Of a stretch of DNA of 64,000 bases, positions 33,652 through 45,480 are shown one piece after another. A program made the translations under genes and the position numbers. This DNA comes from Pocillopora damicornis (lineage: Eukaryota). Each line of letters opens with the position of its first letter. The first letter of the stretch is position 1. A model generated the notes under the pieces. The model was not told where the DNA came from. It saw only the letters and a program-made list of their open reading frames with translations, and ran no database searches. The DNA lies in assembly GCF_003704095.1 (NCBI RefSeq), contig NW_020845264.1, positions 992,001-1,056,000 on the forward strand, written 5' to 3'.

Positions 33652-36121
33652 ATGGACGGTAACAAAGCTAATTACAGCAGATACTTTCAAACTGTAACCT
33701 CTATGGATAAGAACAGTACCTCGGCCCCTGGACTCGGGTCACAAGCTCGTCTTCTTGAAGGTTTTGGTTTATCAATCGTTCTCTTTGTCTCGCTGGTGTT
33801 AAATCTCTCCGTTTGTGCGATTATCTGGCGAACAAAATCACTACGTGAGAAGGCGACTAATACATTTGTGGCAAACCTGTGCATCGCTAATTTGTTACTG
33901 ACTGCCTGTGTGATTCCATTTAGCTTGGTGACCATCGTTGAAGATGAACATGCATCTTATTCAAAACTTTTTTGCCAGGTAGGACTGTCAATATTATTGG
34001 AATCAATTTGAATTTTAACATGTTTCAATGTAATAGTTTTCACGAGGCATTGCAGTTCTGTTGCGAAACGCTTTTAATATTTAACAAGGTTACCACACAA
34101 GAGATCAGTAATCAGTTAACTTAAGTTTTTTTCTTAGTGCAAATCGCTGCAAAATATATTTTTTAACTATTTGAATGTAATGTTGCCGCAAATGCTTTTA
34201 TAACTCGAATATTGAATGAACTAATTTTGTGTGTGGCAACCAAGTTTTTTCTCCTCGTCCTTACGGTGCTAGTAGTAAGTGATGGGCGAGCCATTGTAAA
34301 CTGGAAATTTAGCGTACCTTAGCCGACCAATTGTTGCTGAACAGGTAAAACTGTATTTTACAGTTTTCACCACACACAAACAAACAAAGATAAACAAACA
34401 AACAAAAACCGCAACTATGGTAAGACTTCGAAAAAAGTGACAGTGCGTAACACAAAGGACCATGTCTACTAGAAGCTCGTATTTGGGACCATCTTAGCTG
34501 GCAACAATACAACCTGCGTCTCTCTGCACTCTCTATCTTCTTGACTGTTTCCCAACTGAAATTCTACATCAATTATGGTCGAACAAGATTCCTTCTTTCC
34601 AAAATCAATTTTAGTTATTGTTAGTATGTTTTTTAGGGATGATGCTTGACTTGAAAATTGTACTGAATCTGCTTATATTTACGCAGCACACGAAAAGTAA
34701 AACTTCCTCAACACTTTGCTACCTAACATCAGTATGCATATTCTCCATTCATTTCCTAAGGTGCTGACAAGGAGAATTTGTTTAACAATCGAGAGTTTCT
34801 TTAGTTGGTGATACACTTCCTTTATTCTCATGACCCTTTCACTTGATTCAAGAGTTACTCTGTAAGGAGAAATTTTAAGCCAATCATTCTTGGGTGTCAG
34901 AGGGTTAAGGCAACGGTGTACACAGAAATACTGTATTTGATCAATAAAATAAATTTTCTTTGTATCTATAATTTATCTTGTAACAGATGCTTCCTCTATT
35001 TTCAGGCAAATGGTTTCATAAGTGTTGTGTCGAGTGTTGCGATTGTCATGACTCTTTGTTGTATAAGTCTTGATCGATACATTGCAGTTACCAGGCCAAC
35101 ACGTTACAAGATCATCGTCACGGTCAAACGTGCTTGGTATACTTTGCTAGTGGTCTGGGGACAAGGACTCTTGTACGCCACGTTTCCCATATTTGGTTGG
35201 TCCAGGTACGAGTATCATCCGGGGACTTTACACTGTTCACCAGTATGGACATCAGAGTGTTCCCTGTACATCTATCTGGCAGTTGTGGGATTTGGAATTC
35301 CAATGACTGTCATGGTGTTCACGTACATTCGTATTTTCTTCGTCATACGTAGACACGCGCGCAAGGTTTCCACTGTCAAGCGAACGCGACCAAAGGTTCA
35401 AAACAATAATTGCAAACTGATTTCTGTGAAACAAAGAGGGAGTGTACAGGCACACTCGACTCAAAATTCATCGAATGAGGACAAGTCCTCGAGTACGGCC
35501 GACAAGCTAAACTCTTCAGCTGCAAATGAGCAAATGTTATGTAGCTCTACGGCAAACCTTTCAGAGTTAGACAGCTGTGCCAAGCAATTTGAACTGAATG
35601 CGAAAACTGGCGTGGTCAGTGGTTTATATTTGCAAGAAGGCGAAAAAGTACTCTTCGCAACTGAACTGCCGTCTGTTAACACTTGTGACCATGGAGCGCA
35701 GTCAAACAGCAGCAACGAGCCTTCAGATGTCCAGCGGAGCAAACGTGGTTTAATTCACGTTACAAACACGCTCAGAAAATTCTGGCCGCGAAAACGCAGG
35801 CGCAACCAACGACCGTTATCCAGAGAATTCAAAGTAGCAAAGACTGGTGTGCTGCTGTTGTTTATTTTCATTGTCTTGTGGTTACCTTACATGGTCGTGC
35901 ATATCTGTTCCTCCGGAGTAAAAGCTCCACCAACTGTGTTTCGATTGACAATGTGGCTTGTGTTCATGAACGGGGTTTTGAATCCTATAGCTTATGCGTT
36001 GGGCAATTCGACGGTGAAAATGAAGTTTCAACAGATGTTCGCCACGGTTTTTTCTCTGTGCTGCAAGTGTAGGAGGACTGTAGAACAGCGAGCGACTCCT
36101 CGCATGTCAGAAAGAGTCTGA
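33652..36121 (+). CDS. Class A GPCR (GPR161/aminergic-like orphan), 480 aa
   Basis: Exons 33652-33978 and 35006-36121 (phase 0). NLCIANL, SLDRY, FGWSRY, WLPY, LNPIAY; ICL3 about 160 aa. Confidence 0.92.
34708..34908 (+). mobile_element. TTAA-type (piggyBac-like) MITE in GPCR intron
   Basis: cctaacatcagtatgcatattctcc...gtgctgacaaggagaatttg...agggttaa; close match to 44477-44686. Confidence 0.7.
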
Positions 36122-38561
36122 ATATTTTTCTCCACGTTCAAACATATTTGCTTGGACAAACGTTTATCGGCATCGAAGGTATAGTCACAAAGACACGTCT
36201 TGAAGAGGGGCGATGAACATCTCTCCACCGCCAATATTTCCTCTCACGCTTTCTCTACCCTCCTGTCCCAGCTTATCTTTCCCCTTCTTATCGCTNNNNN
36301 NNNNNCCCCCCCCCCCCCCCCCAGCTACAATCTGTTCAGGAATTCTGAACAATTTAATTTTATTCGACTGAACTGAAGGAACTGAAAAACGCCTTTATTG
36401 CCAACATGATTGATAGGAGACCCAAATGCTTAGCTGAGCTAACGTAATACACGAATTACTTTCAAATGACTTAACTACAGTTGCCAGGCAATTGGAAAAT
36501 GATATGACCTATATTAACTGTGTTTGTTAGGGTGCAGTATTCTATAGCTTAGCCACAAAAAACTACTGTACTCCTGCTGTGACTTAAATGAAAATGATAT
36601 AATTTAACAAATATGTAGGATACATCTAGCCAATATTGTAGACAAAATAGTCTGTGACAACTTGGAGGACTCGTGTACAATCGAAAACAAAAATGCAAAG
36701 CATTTGAACATAATCACGGAGCGCAAGTATTTTCTTCGAGAGCTTCGTCGAGCACTGTCCAAAATAGTCACCTCGAACTTGACTGAAATCTTAATGTTAG
36801 TCAAATCCCATTTCTCTCAAATCCCCTAACAACATTTGTAGTTTCAAATTCCACTTACGTTGTATCCTTCAGAGAGGAGGAAAAAAAAATATAATGTACA
36901 CATTAAGATAGTCAGAGTGATATGTTAAAAAAAAAGATCCGTCGCGATTGAAACACGTAAAGCCAGCGGCTTCGTTTGTTGATTGTTCCGTTTTGACCTC
37001 GCCTCCTCTTTGTAATTTACAAAACATTGTTATCTTTGTATCATCCTAATAGAAAATTTTTAAATTTAACTGTGACTCAAAATTTAGTTATCAGTTGATT
37101 TACATATGAACACGCAGTTATCTATCTCTGAAAATACTATTTTTGTCTCGGTGCCCCAAGCGTGATTTCTATATCAGTGACGCAAGCCACATAACCTAAT
37201 GCCTTTGGACATGTTTACAGCAAAGTATAGCTACAACAGTTCTGAAGAGTAATTTTATTGTTGTCAAAATGCGCATAAATTATCCACACTAACTCTGAAA
37301 ACACTATTTTATTTTCTAATTCAGCCGATGTTTTGATCTAAAGGGTCGACAAAATAAGCTACATTTCACCGTCCACTCTGAAAAACAAGCCGACCTGCTA
37401 TTCCGAATGCTTATAGCTCAATTTTCGGCATGGAGGCATAATGTTGGTGCTTAATTTTTATCACAGTCCGGTTTATTTAAAATCTTTTAGACATCTCTAC
37501 CAGAACTCTACTTGTCCTACTTCCCATCGGCAAAGCAAGGAAGTCGAAGTTGTGCCTTATCGATATCTGTCTAGCCGTTTACTTTTCTACAATGTAAGTG
37601 GGAATTTAGAAATATTTGACCGACAAGTGTTTTTAAAATGAATAGATGCAAAAAAATCGGGGCGCATTAATGTACAGTTTTCACAAATGCAGTTATTTTT
37701 CATTTTTAAGATGAGGGAGGATCAAAAACTGGCCTATATAAAACACGATTTCGCCGCAAACTTCCTCCTCGGCAAAGACACTTGCCGGCACAATACACTA
37801 AAGTGATCACGTGACCTCTAATCCGCTTTTATTGCCGGTGAACCAGTGGCTTACTTTTGTATCAGTAATACTAACAGTACCAAGCTTTTACATTGGAAAA
37901 AAGTATAAACTCATTTCTCTATTTTAAAGTGTTTTTTTCACCTTCTCTGATTGTAAGGGAAAGACTATTGTTGACTTAAACGCATCGCACAAATTCATTA
38001 CCATTTCAAAATGTTACCGCTTTTGTTTTCTTTTCTAAAATATAAACAATTGGCACTTTTACCAGTCTGAAAAAACAGGCCAAAAATAGGCCTCTAATAA
38101 CTATGTTTGAACTACATTAAGTTTCATGTCATTGGCTGAGCAAGGCTGTTTTTCTCCTTGGCTGCAAAATGAGTATGTAAACTTTTCACGACTGTGTTAT
38201 TAGCATCCTTTGGCAGCGGCTAATTAGACACTGAAATATTCAGATTAGAGATAGTGATTTCCTGAAGATTGTACACATTTGGCATAATGATTGTTTCGTA
38301 ATGACAAGTTGCTATTATCGGTAGCCAATCTTGAGCGTTCTTTTGAAAATTGTTACAACAAGACCATTGATCGGTGAATGATTCCTCCCGGAAACCTTCG
38401 AGTCATAAAACGATTTCTCTCGTTTAGTTACAGGAAATATCCTTTCAAGTGCTTGTTCAACAAAAACCGTCAATATTCAACAGTATTCTACGCCAAAACG
38501 AGCATTAGACATTTACAGTTGATTTTGGCCGACGAACTTTGTTTGCCGCACTCGCCGCCAA

Positions 38562-41500
38562 ATGGCGGAGCTTACTGAGAAAGATGACCCCGTTACTTCG
38601 TCTATTTTACATTTCGTTCAAGAAGTCTTTCTCGTATTTGTCATAGCCGCAGCCATCGTACTTAACTTTTCTGTAGTTTATGTTATTTGCAGAAACAAAC
38701 ATCTCAGGAAGATCACCACTAATATATTCATTTTAAACCTGGTTGTGTCTAACGCGTTAATGGCAATATTTGTGATGCCACTGAGCTTGGTAACGTTTAA
38801 AAGATTGGGTTGGACCATTGATTCATCGCTTTGTAAGGTGAGAGGAATTTTTTTTAAAATTTTAATCAGCTTTTCACAGTTTCTTCGCTAACCAAAATAT
38901 TGAATAATGGAATTCCCAGTCGGAAAAAGGAGCACGTTTTTCATTATTTCAGTAGTTTACTAGTACTGGGAAAACTTTGTTAATGTACCAGTCATGCCAA
39001 GCCAGCTGTAAGGCGTTCTTTTCTACCATTGTCAGTTCTGCTTGCGATGAGACCTACACGGGAAAAATCGCCTTCAGCAGTATATTTGAAAACTGAATTG
39101 TAAACATCCTTTTGTTAGGGACTTGTATGATAACGAAAAGAATTCTTCTGCTTTGTTTAACTCTCTCATTTGCTTTGGTCTGTAGTTGTTATTTTGTACC
39201 CAAAAAGGAAATAGGTGACCGTGGGTAGTGAAAAATTAAAGTTTACAAATTAAAGCAGAGATGGTCTACCCGACTATAGAAATAGAGAAGTGCTAAAACT
39301 TTTCACACTTAAGAAATTAAACAGAAATTTGTCATAAATATTCAATCGCTTCACTGCCTGAAAATTATTTCACCAACACGCAAATTAAAAGAGAATTTTT
39401 TTTTCATTTTTCTAACTGAGATTAGCCGTACAGATTTTGACGTCAAAGAAAAAAAAAAGAAGTAATCCAAAAGGATGTCTGCGGATTAGATACTAGTCAT
39501 TTTAGTCAGTGCAAATAGGGAACTCGTTTATATTGTCATCCTATGTTCGTGACGAAAGTTTATCTCTAGATGAACAAACAAAATAGCGAAAAAATTCATT
39601 TTCAAGAAACGGAAATTTGAGCACCTAATGGTTTGAAGAATTTACCTTATTCAAAAGCGGCGTTCACGAATTCCATGTTTTCGATTGTTAATGTGAGATG
39701 AAACACTTCATGACATATCAGGCGAAAGGAAATGGCTTAATCTTATTACTGATAACTTAAAATCGTTTTTGAAAATCCCGTAGGAGGCAGGTATTGCTTG
39801 ATATCGAATCCTACGCATCGCTAGAGGTAAATATTCATATCGGGAGCAAAGAGGAAGTAAGAGAATCTCATCATCACATTTCCTTAACGAAAACGAGATT
39901 ATACGGCTTTTGTTTTAACCAAAGAGACGGATTCGAAGACCCTGATTGTTTCATAGCAACATAAAACTGTGTAAATTCCAATTCTATAGAGAATAAAATG
40001 AAGGGCCATTATGTGCCACTATCTGAGTCTGTTCACCAAGGAGCTCCAGCGCGTAAGCTCTAGGAAATCCAACAAGCTGAAGAAATTTGTTTATCACACT
40101 TTGGCTATACGTTAGTCGATATGCAAAGTGTATTTTGCGCGAGCACCTACTTGCATTATGTAAAAATTGGAATGAAGTGAAGAGCGTCGAAAAAAATAAA
40201 ATAAAATAAAAAACTGCACTGTTAGGCGCAGCTTGGTCTAAATACCGTTTTAATCATTTGCCTGTTAATTACAGATGAATGGAATTTCCAGTACTATGTT
40301 GTGCTTTGCATCCATCTCAACTCTATGCTGCATCAGTGCTGATCGATACTTAGCAGTGGTCAGACCAATGCGCTACAAGCATGTGCTAACCCCGAGGAGA
40401 GCGTTCTGCATGCTCATGCTGGTTTGGTTAGGGTCTCTGTCTCTCGCTTGTTTGCCACTGATCACTAACTACGAGTTTCACCCAGGAACGAACCACTGCT
40501 CTCCTGCATGGCATCGTAGCTGTGAATTATACGGATTCATGACTGTTTTAGCTCTCGGAATACCTTTAGTAACTCTTCTTTCCACTTATGGTATGATATA
40601 CTCGTCTGTGCGTAAGCATGCAAAAAGAGTTTCTCATTGGAGGGTTTCAACCAGTGGCGCAAGCGGGCAGCGGGACAGCACGTGCGTACGAGAAGCTGAA
40701 ATCACGGGACATGAAATAGACTCGTTTCTCTCTAATTCAGCGCTTGATGAGGAACATACAGAACGTAATTTGAGTAGATTCAAAAAGTATGTAGATCAGA
40801 ACAATTCGGAAAAGTTCATTGCACCTCTACGAGCTTTTGGATGCAAAGGAGAATCTTCTAAGTCAGAGATTCCAGACAGACATCAAGACAAAAAGTTTCG
40901 ATCGTATTCCGCTGGATGCGAGCACGCTAGAACGGACGAGAATATTCCTCCTTTCTCCTTACGAATGAAGTTAGCTGAGGAAGCGGATAATGAGCCTGCG
41001 AGACCGCGATCGTGCTCTGTCAGCGTGAAATTTTCTGTCAGTGAGCTCGTACCAGGAACTGTTTCACCTTTTTTTTGCCCGCATGACCTGGAAGGAGAAC
41101 AATTCCACAGATCGCTGAGGATGAGTAGTTATTGTATGCTGAAGGAAAAAAGCTTTACTTTTCCAGAGCCAAAGTCGTGTAGCTCTTTAGAATTGCGCCA
41201 GACCATTGATTCAATCAAGGAAGGAATGCCTTCTCATTCAATTAGTTTTACGGTAACCAGCGCTTCCACTCCTGCTGTAAGCCCTGACTTAAACATTCCA
41301 GTCCCGTTTACTTTGAACAGAGTTATTTTGCCAGATCAGAGGTCTTCAGGAAACTATAATGAAACGTCACAGTTTTCAGATGAGTCGAAACAAGCGTGGA
41401 ATTCAAAAACCTGTCCTAACCATCTTCAGTTACCGCCCACCCCCATGCCTATTTTTGTTAAACCTGTCAATCCGGATGAACCCGTCCGTAGTAGGAAAGC

Positions 41501-41981
41501 AAGTTTACCAGAGCTGATCTCTCGGCCGAAATCTCGTTCGCGATCTCTCAGTTTTGGAACGTTGTATGACGCATCTGACAAGAACCCCACATTACTTAAA
41601 GCACCTACCACGCAGAAAATTAGTTCTCCCTTATTACGACTTCGTGCCATTTCAAAATTTAAAAGCAAACTTCGTGTTAGCGTCGTACCACGCGAGTACA
41701 AGGTGGCTAAAATCGGGTTCATTCTCGTGATGGTTTTTTTCTTATCTTGGGGTCCGTACATGATGGTGCATAACTGTCAGCCCTCCTCCAAGACCCCTCT
41801 TTGGGTGTACCGAATAGCCATGTGGTTGGTGTACTTGTCGTGTGTATTGAATCCTATTGTGTACGCATTATCAAGTAAACATATCAGAACAGCTTTTAGC
41901 AACCACATGAAGTGCTGTAAAAGGCTAAACGCTCGTATATCGATGCGTCGTGCGCGACCAAGAGCGGCAACAATAGCCTGA
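38562..41981 (+). CDS. Class A GPCR (GPR161/aminergic-like orphan), 660 aa, paralogue of 33652-36121
   Basis: Exons 38562-38837 and 40275-41981 (phase 0, same intron position as its neighbour). SADRY, SWGPY, LNPIVY; ICL3 about 360 aa. Confidence 0.92.
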
Positions 41982-42909
41982 AAACAGTTTTACGCTTTCA
42001 CATTAAGTTGATGAGGACACTAATAGCTTTTCGCATTCACTAACACCTACGCCCTTGAACAGGGGTAAGGGATGTTAGTAATGAGCGAGAGTGACACATG
42101 GATGAGACCAGGCAAAAGACGCAAAAATTGGCGTGTTCGCGTTGCATATTACTCATTGTTTTCATTTATGGACTTAATGTGACAAGAAAGTCTGCTTCAA
42201 ACGCTACTTTGGAATGTTTATTACAACACTGACAGAGAAGTCGGTAGAGAGTTGATTCAGAGTATTCTCTGTAATCTTTTTGTGGTGATCTTGAAATTGT
42301 GCAATTTAAGGTCTTTATAGGTATAGTCTGCTTTGAGTGATCATATTCACCACGATGAAATAAAAAGCTACCATGAATAAGATAGGATAAGCAAAAATGT
42401 AAGGATACGAATACCCCAAAATTCTGCAGTTGGAAGATTTCTCTGTTTGTTGCCTGGTAAAATCTTTCACGTAAATAAGGGATGACAACCTATAAAATTA
42501 GAGGTTTTAACGATTTTTAACCAAATTTATTCGAAAGTAGCCAGCTTTGTTCATAAAGAACAAGCAGTTACTTCAGGAATGGATCTTCAAAAATGAGCAA
42601 TAGTTAGTAGTTGTACCTTGAGACATTCAGTTTCAGATATTTTATTGCTAAATCCTTGATACATGGTGCTATAAGTAAGCAAAACCGTTTCTACAACTTT
42701 TTCGTATCATTCCAAGCTTTAAAATCTCAACAAGTTCCTCTTTTTCAATAAAAAAATTTACAAAAGCAGTGTAAGAATGTTTGAACCAATTTTACAAAGA
42801 GCTTACGATAACATGATCAGTACACATGTACTGCTTATAAAACCTTCTCATGTATAACTTGGTCTAAGTTTCCTTACATGAACTGGTTTTAAATGGCAAC
42901 TTGGGCCAA

Positions 42910-43110
42910 TTAACCCTTTGACATCCAGAAGTGACTAACACATAACTTCTCCCTAGGATATCAATTCATTATCCCGCAAACAGGTAATAATTTACTCAAA
43001 CTTGTCAGGTACAAGTTGTTATCTTGATCTGTAACCAAATTCTTCTGACTAATTTGCATGGAAATGTTTAGCAGCTAGAGGGGAGAATTTACAATCAGAT
43101 CATGGGTTGA
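42910..43110 (+). mobile_element. TTAA-type (piggyBac-like) MITE
   Basis: ttaaccctttgacatccagaagtgac...gggagaatttacaatcagatc; homologous to 8984-9196. Confidence 0.7.
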
Positions 43111-44476
43111 GAACTGGTCCACTTGAGCTCATTGACAATTACAGTTTTCAGAACACATAAACTATTTGGGTTTCTTCCTGCATAAATTGTTGAAGAGGTA
43201 GGTGGTCATCTAGATGAGAGAATTAACTACTTGATCATTCATGCATGTGTAGTGTTAGTGACTCCACAAAAATTCACACACCTCCCTAAAGCCTAATAAA
43301 ACACCACTTTTTCAAGAAGTACTTAAATTAATGTTCAATGTAAATCTCTTATGCTCAAGTCTAAATTTACCTTCTGCATCAAGAGGAAAACCAGTGGTGT
43401 TATAATCATATGATATGTACAGTGCTTTGGTATCTCTTGTTGTGTTGTTTGAATTTATTGGCCAAAAGTTGGGTGATAGAAAGTTTTGGCATGCACTAAA
43501 AGTGCTTATGAGGTGGAAGAATGCCATCTGTGTTCTCACTTGATTCCTGATTTACTCATGCTAAAGTGCACCAAGGATACTAGACTGTGAACAGACCCTA
43601 ATTATCAGCACTGCAGGGCATAAGTTTTGCCACCAGTGGGAAGATTTGTGACCAGTTGCCAAAGTTAGGGAGAGGTTTACTGAGGGTCTGGCACTAATGA
43701 TGAGTGCAAAACCCTTACAGACCTCTTGCAGGCTCCAGTTGCTTTAGGCCTCGTGTTTATGAAGAAATGCTTCTGCTGAAGAACTGATAATAAGGAGTTG
43801 CCAGCAGGCTAGATAAACACTAGCTCTAGTCCTATCAATATTAATGAATCAAGTAATAGCAATGATTTGAAATGAAGAATATTTGCCAAAATGAAAAAAA
43901 AATGAAAAAAAACCACAAATTTTCTACATGTTAGTACAATAGTCCAAATGGTGCATTTTAGTCAAAAATGATGTCCAAATTGTATGAGGAGATAAAAACA
44001 TTTTTTCATCTCATAGGTACTGTAACAACTACTTCATCTTTGTATTACTGGTATGTAGAATGATCACAACACACAAAGTGAACAATATAAACCATCCATG
44101 TGACAAACCATGAATATATCAAGTTTTCCTTGACATCAAGCTGCTCTGGTAGCGGGAGAGAGGGGAATGGAACCAAGGTTTAAGTAACCGCTCACGTGGT
44201 ACTCTGATTGATTTACTATTCACCATCTTTTGAGGTTCCACATTATTCAAACGCTCTGATGGAAAAAGAAACATTCAGGATCAGTTCTGATCATATATCA
44301 AGAAATGTAGTTGTAGGAGAGCAGAAGGAAAAAAGGAAAGTATTATCTGGTAGGTAACAGCTCCATTTCTGTATAAAAAAAAATAGCTCAGGCAAAATTT
44401 AGCATGAGAATTCTCTGTAGTGGAGATGATTATGTTATTTCTATTGCCTAATGAACCTCCTGTCAACAAAACCCTT

Positions 44477-44686
44477 TTAACTCTCTATAACCTAACATCA
44501 GTTTGCATATTCTCCTAACTGTCCTCTGTACATTTCCTAAAGTGCTGACAAGGAGAATTTGTTAAACAATCAAGAGCTGCTTTAGTTGGTGATCATTTCC
44601 TCTACTCTTGTGACCTTCATGTCTGATTCAGGGTGATTTTGTAGGGATAATTAGATGCTAGTCACTCTTAGGGGTTAAATGGTTAA
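44477..44686 (+). mobile_element. TTAA-type (piggyBac-like) MITE
   Basis: ttaactct...ggggttaaatggttaa; homologous to 34708-34908. Confidence 0.7.
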
Positions 44687-45174
44687 ACAAAAATCATTGC
44701 ATAGTAGCATCAGTCACTTAGCAACCAACAACATTCTTCTTTAAGACTCTCATTCCCTAGGAAATGGTACAACATTTCTCTATCAAACATATTCACTGAA
44801 GTCTTGCATCCTAGCATATGGTTAGGAAATTGGACCCCTTGGACAGTGTGGGACCTAGATTAGTTCTTGAACAAGAATTTTTTTGTCACAAACATTACAG
44901 AAAAGATCAATTCATCTCTCAGAATGAGGATGAAGTGATAAATATTTTTGATATAGAATTTACGTGTTTGATCATGGTCAGTTATGGGGTAAGAGATTTT
45001 GATAACCCACCTCTATGAACCAAATAAATACTTGTGTCATGAGGACCATATGGATAATTTGCCAGCTTACAATTCTGAAAAAAAAGGGAGTTGAGCTTAT
45101 TAACAGGACTAGGAGAAGCTATGCTAAATTTGTAGTATGAAAGACTTTTCATATTTCTTGGAATTTATAACTTA

Positions 45175-45480
45175 GGGAGATGTGGTGGGCTAATGGTTAG
45201 TGCCCTAAACACCAGGTTGAGTAGTTCTGAAACCTGGCTGCATGATTGGATTATGTTCTTGGTCAAGACACTTTTCCCTCACAGTGCCTCACTCCACCCA
45301 GGAGTATAAATAGGTAACATTGAATTATCAGGGAAGCCCGTTGAAATTCTGGGGGAGGGAACCTTGCAATGGACCAGCATCCCATCCAGGGGGAAGTAGT
45401 AATACCACTATCTGCTTCTTAGTAAGGAAAGGGGGATAAGCACCCACTGGGTGGGCCACTTGGCTCATGTACAGACTTAA
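45175..45480 (+). mobile_element. tRNA-derived SINE
   Basis: A-box-like tgggctaatggttag, degenerate B box, central tgttcttggtcaagacactt...ccacccaggagtataaataggtaac and gcaatggaccagcatcccatccagggg, typical of conserved-domain metazoan SINEs. Confidence 0.65.
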
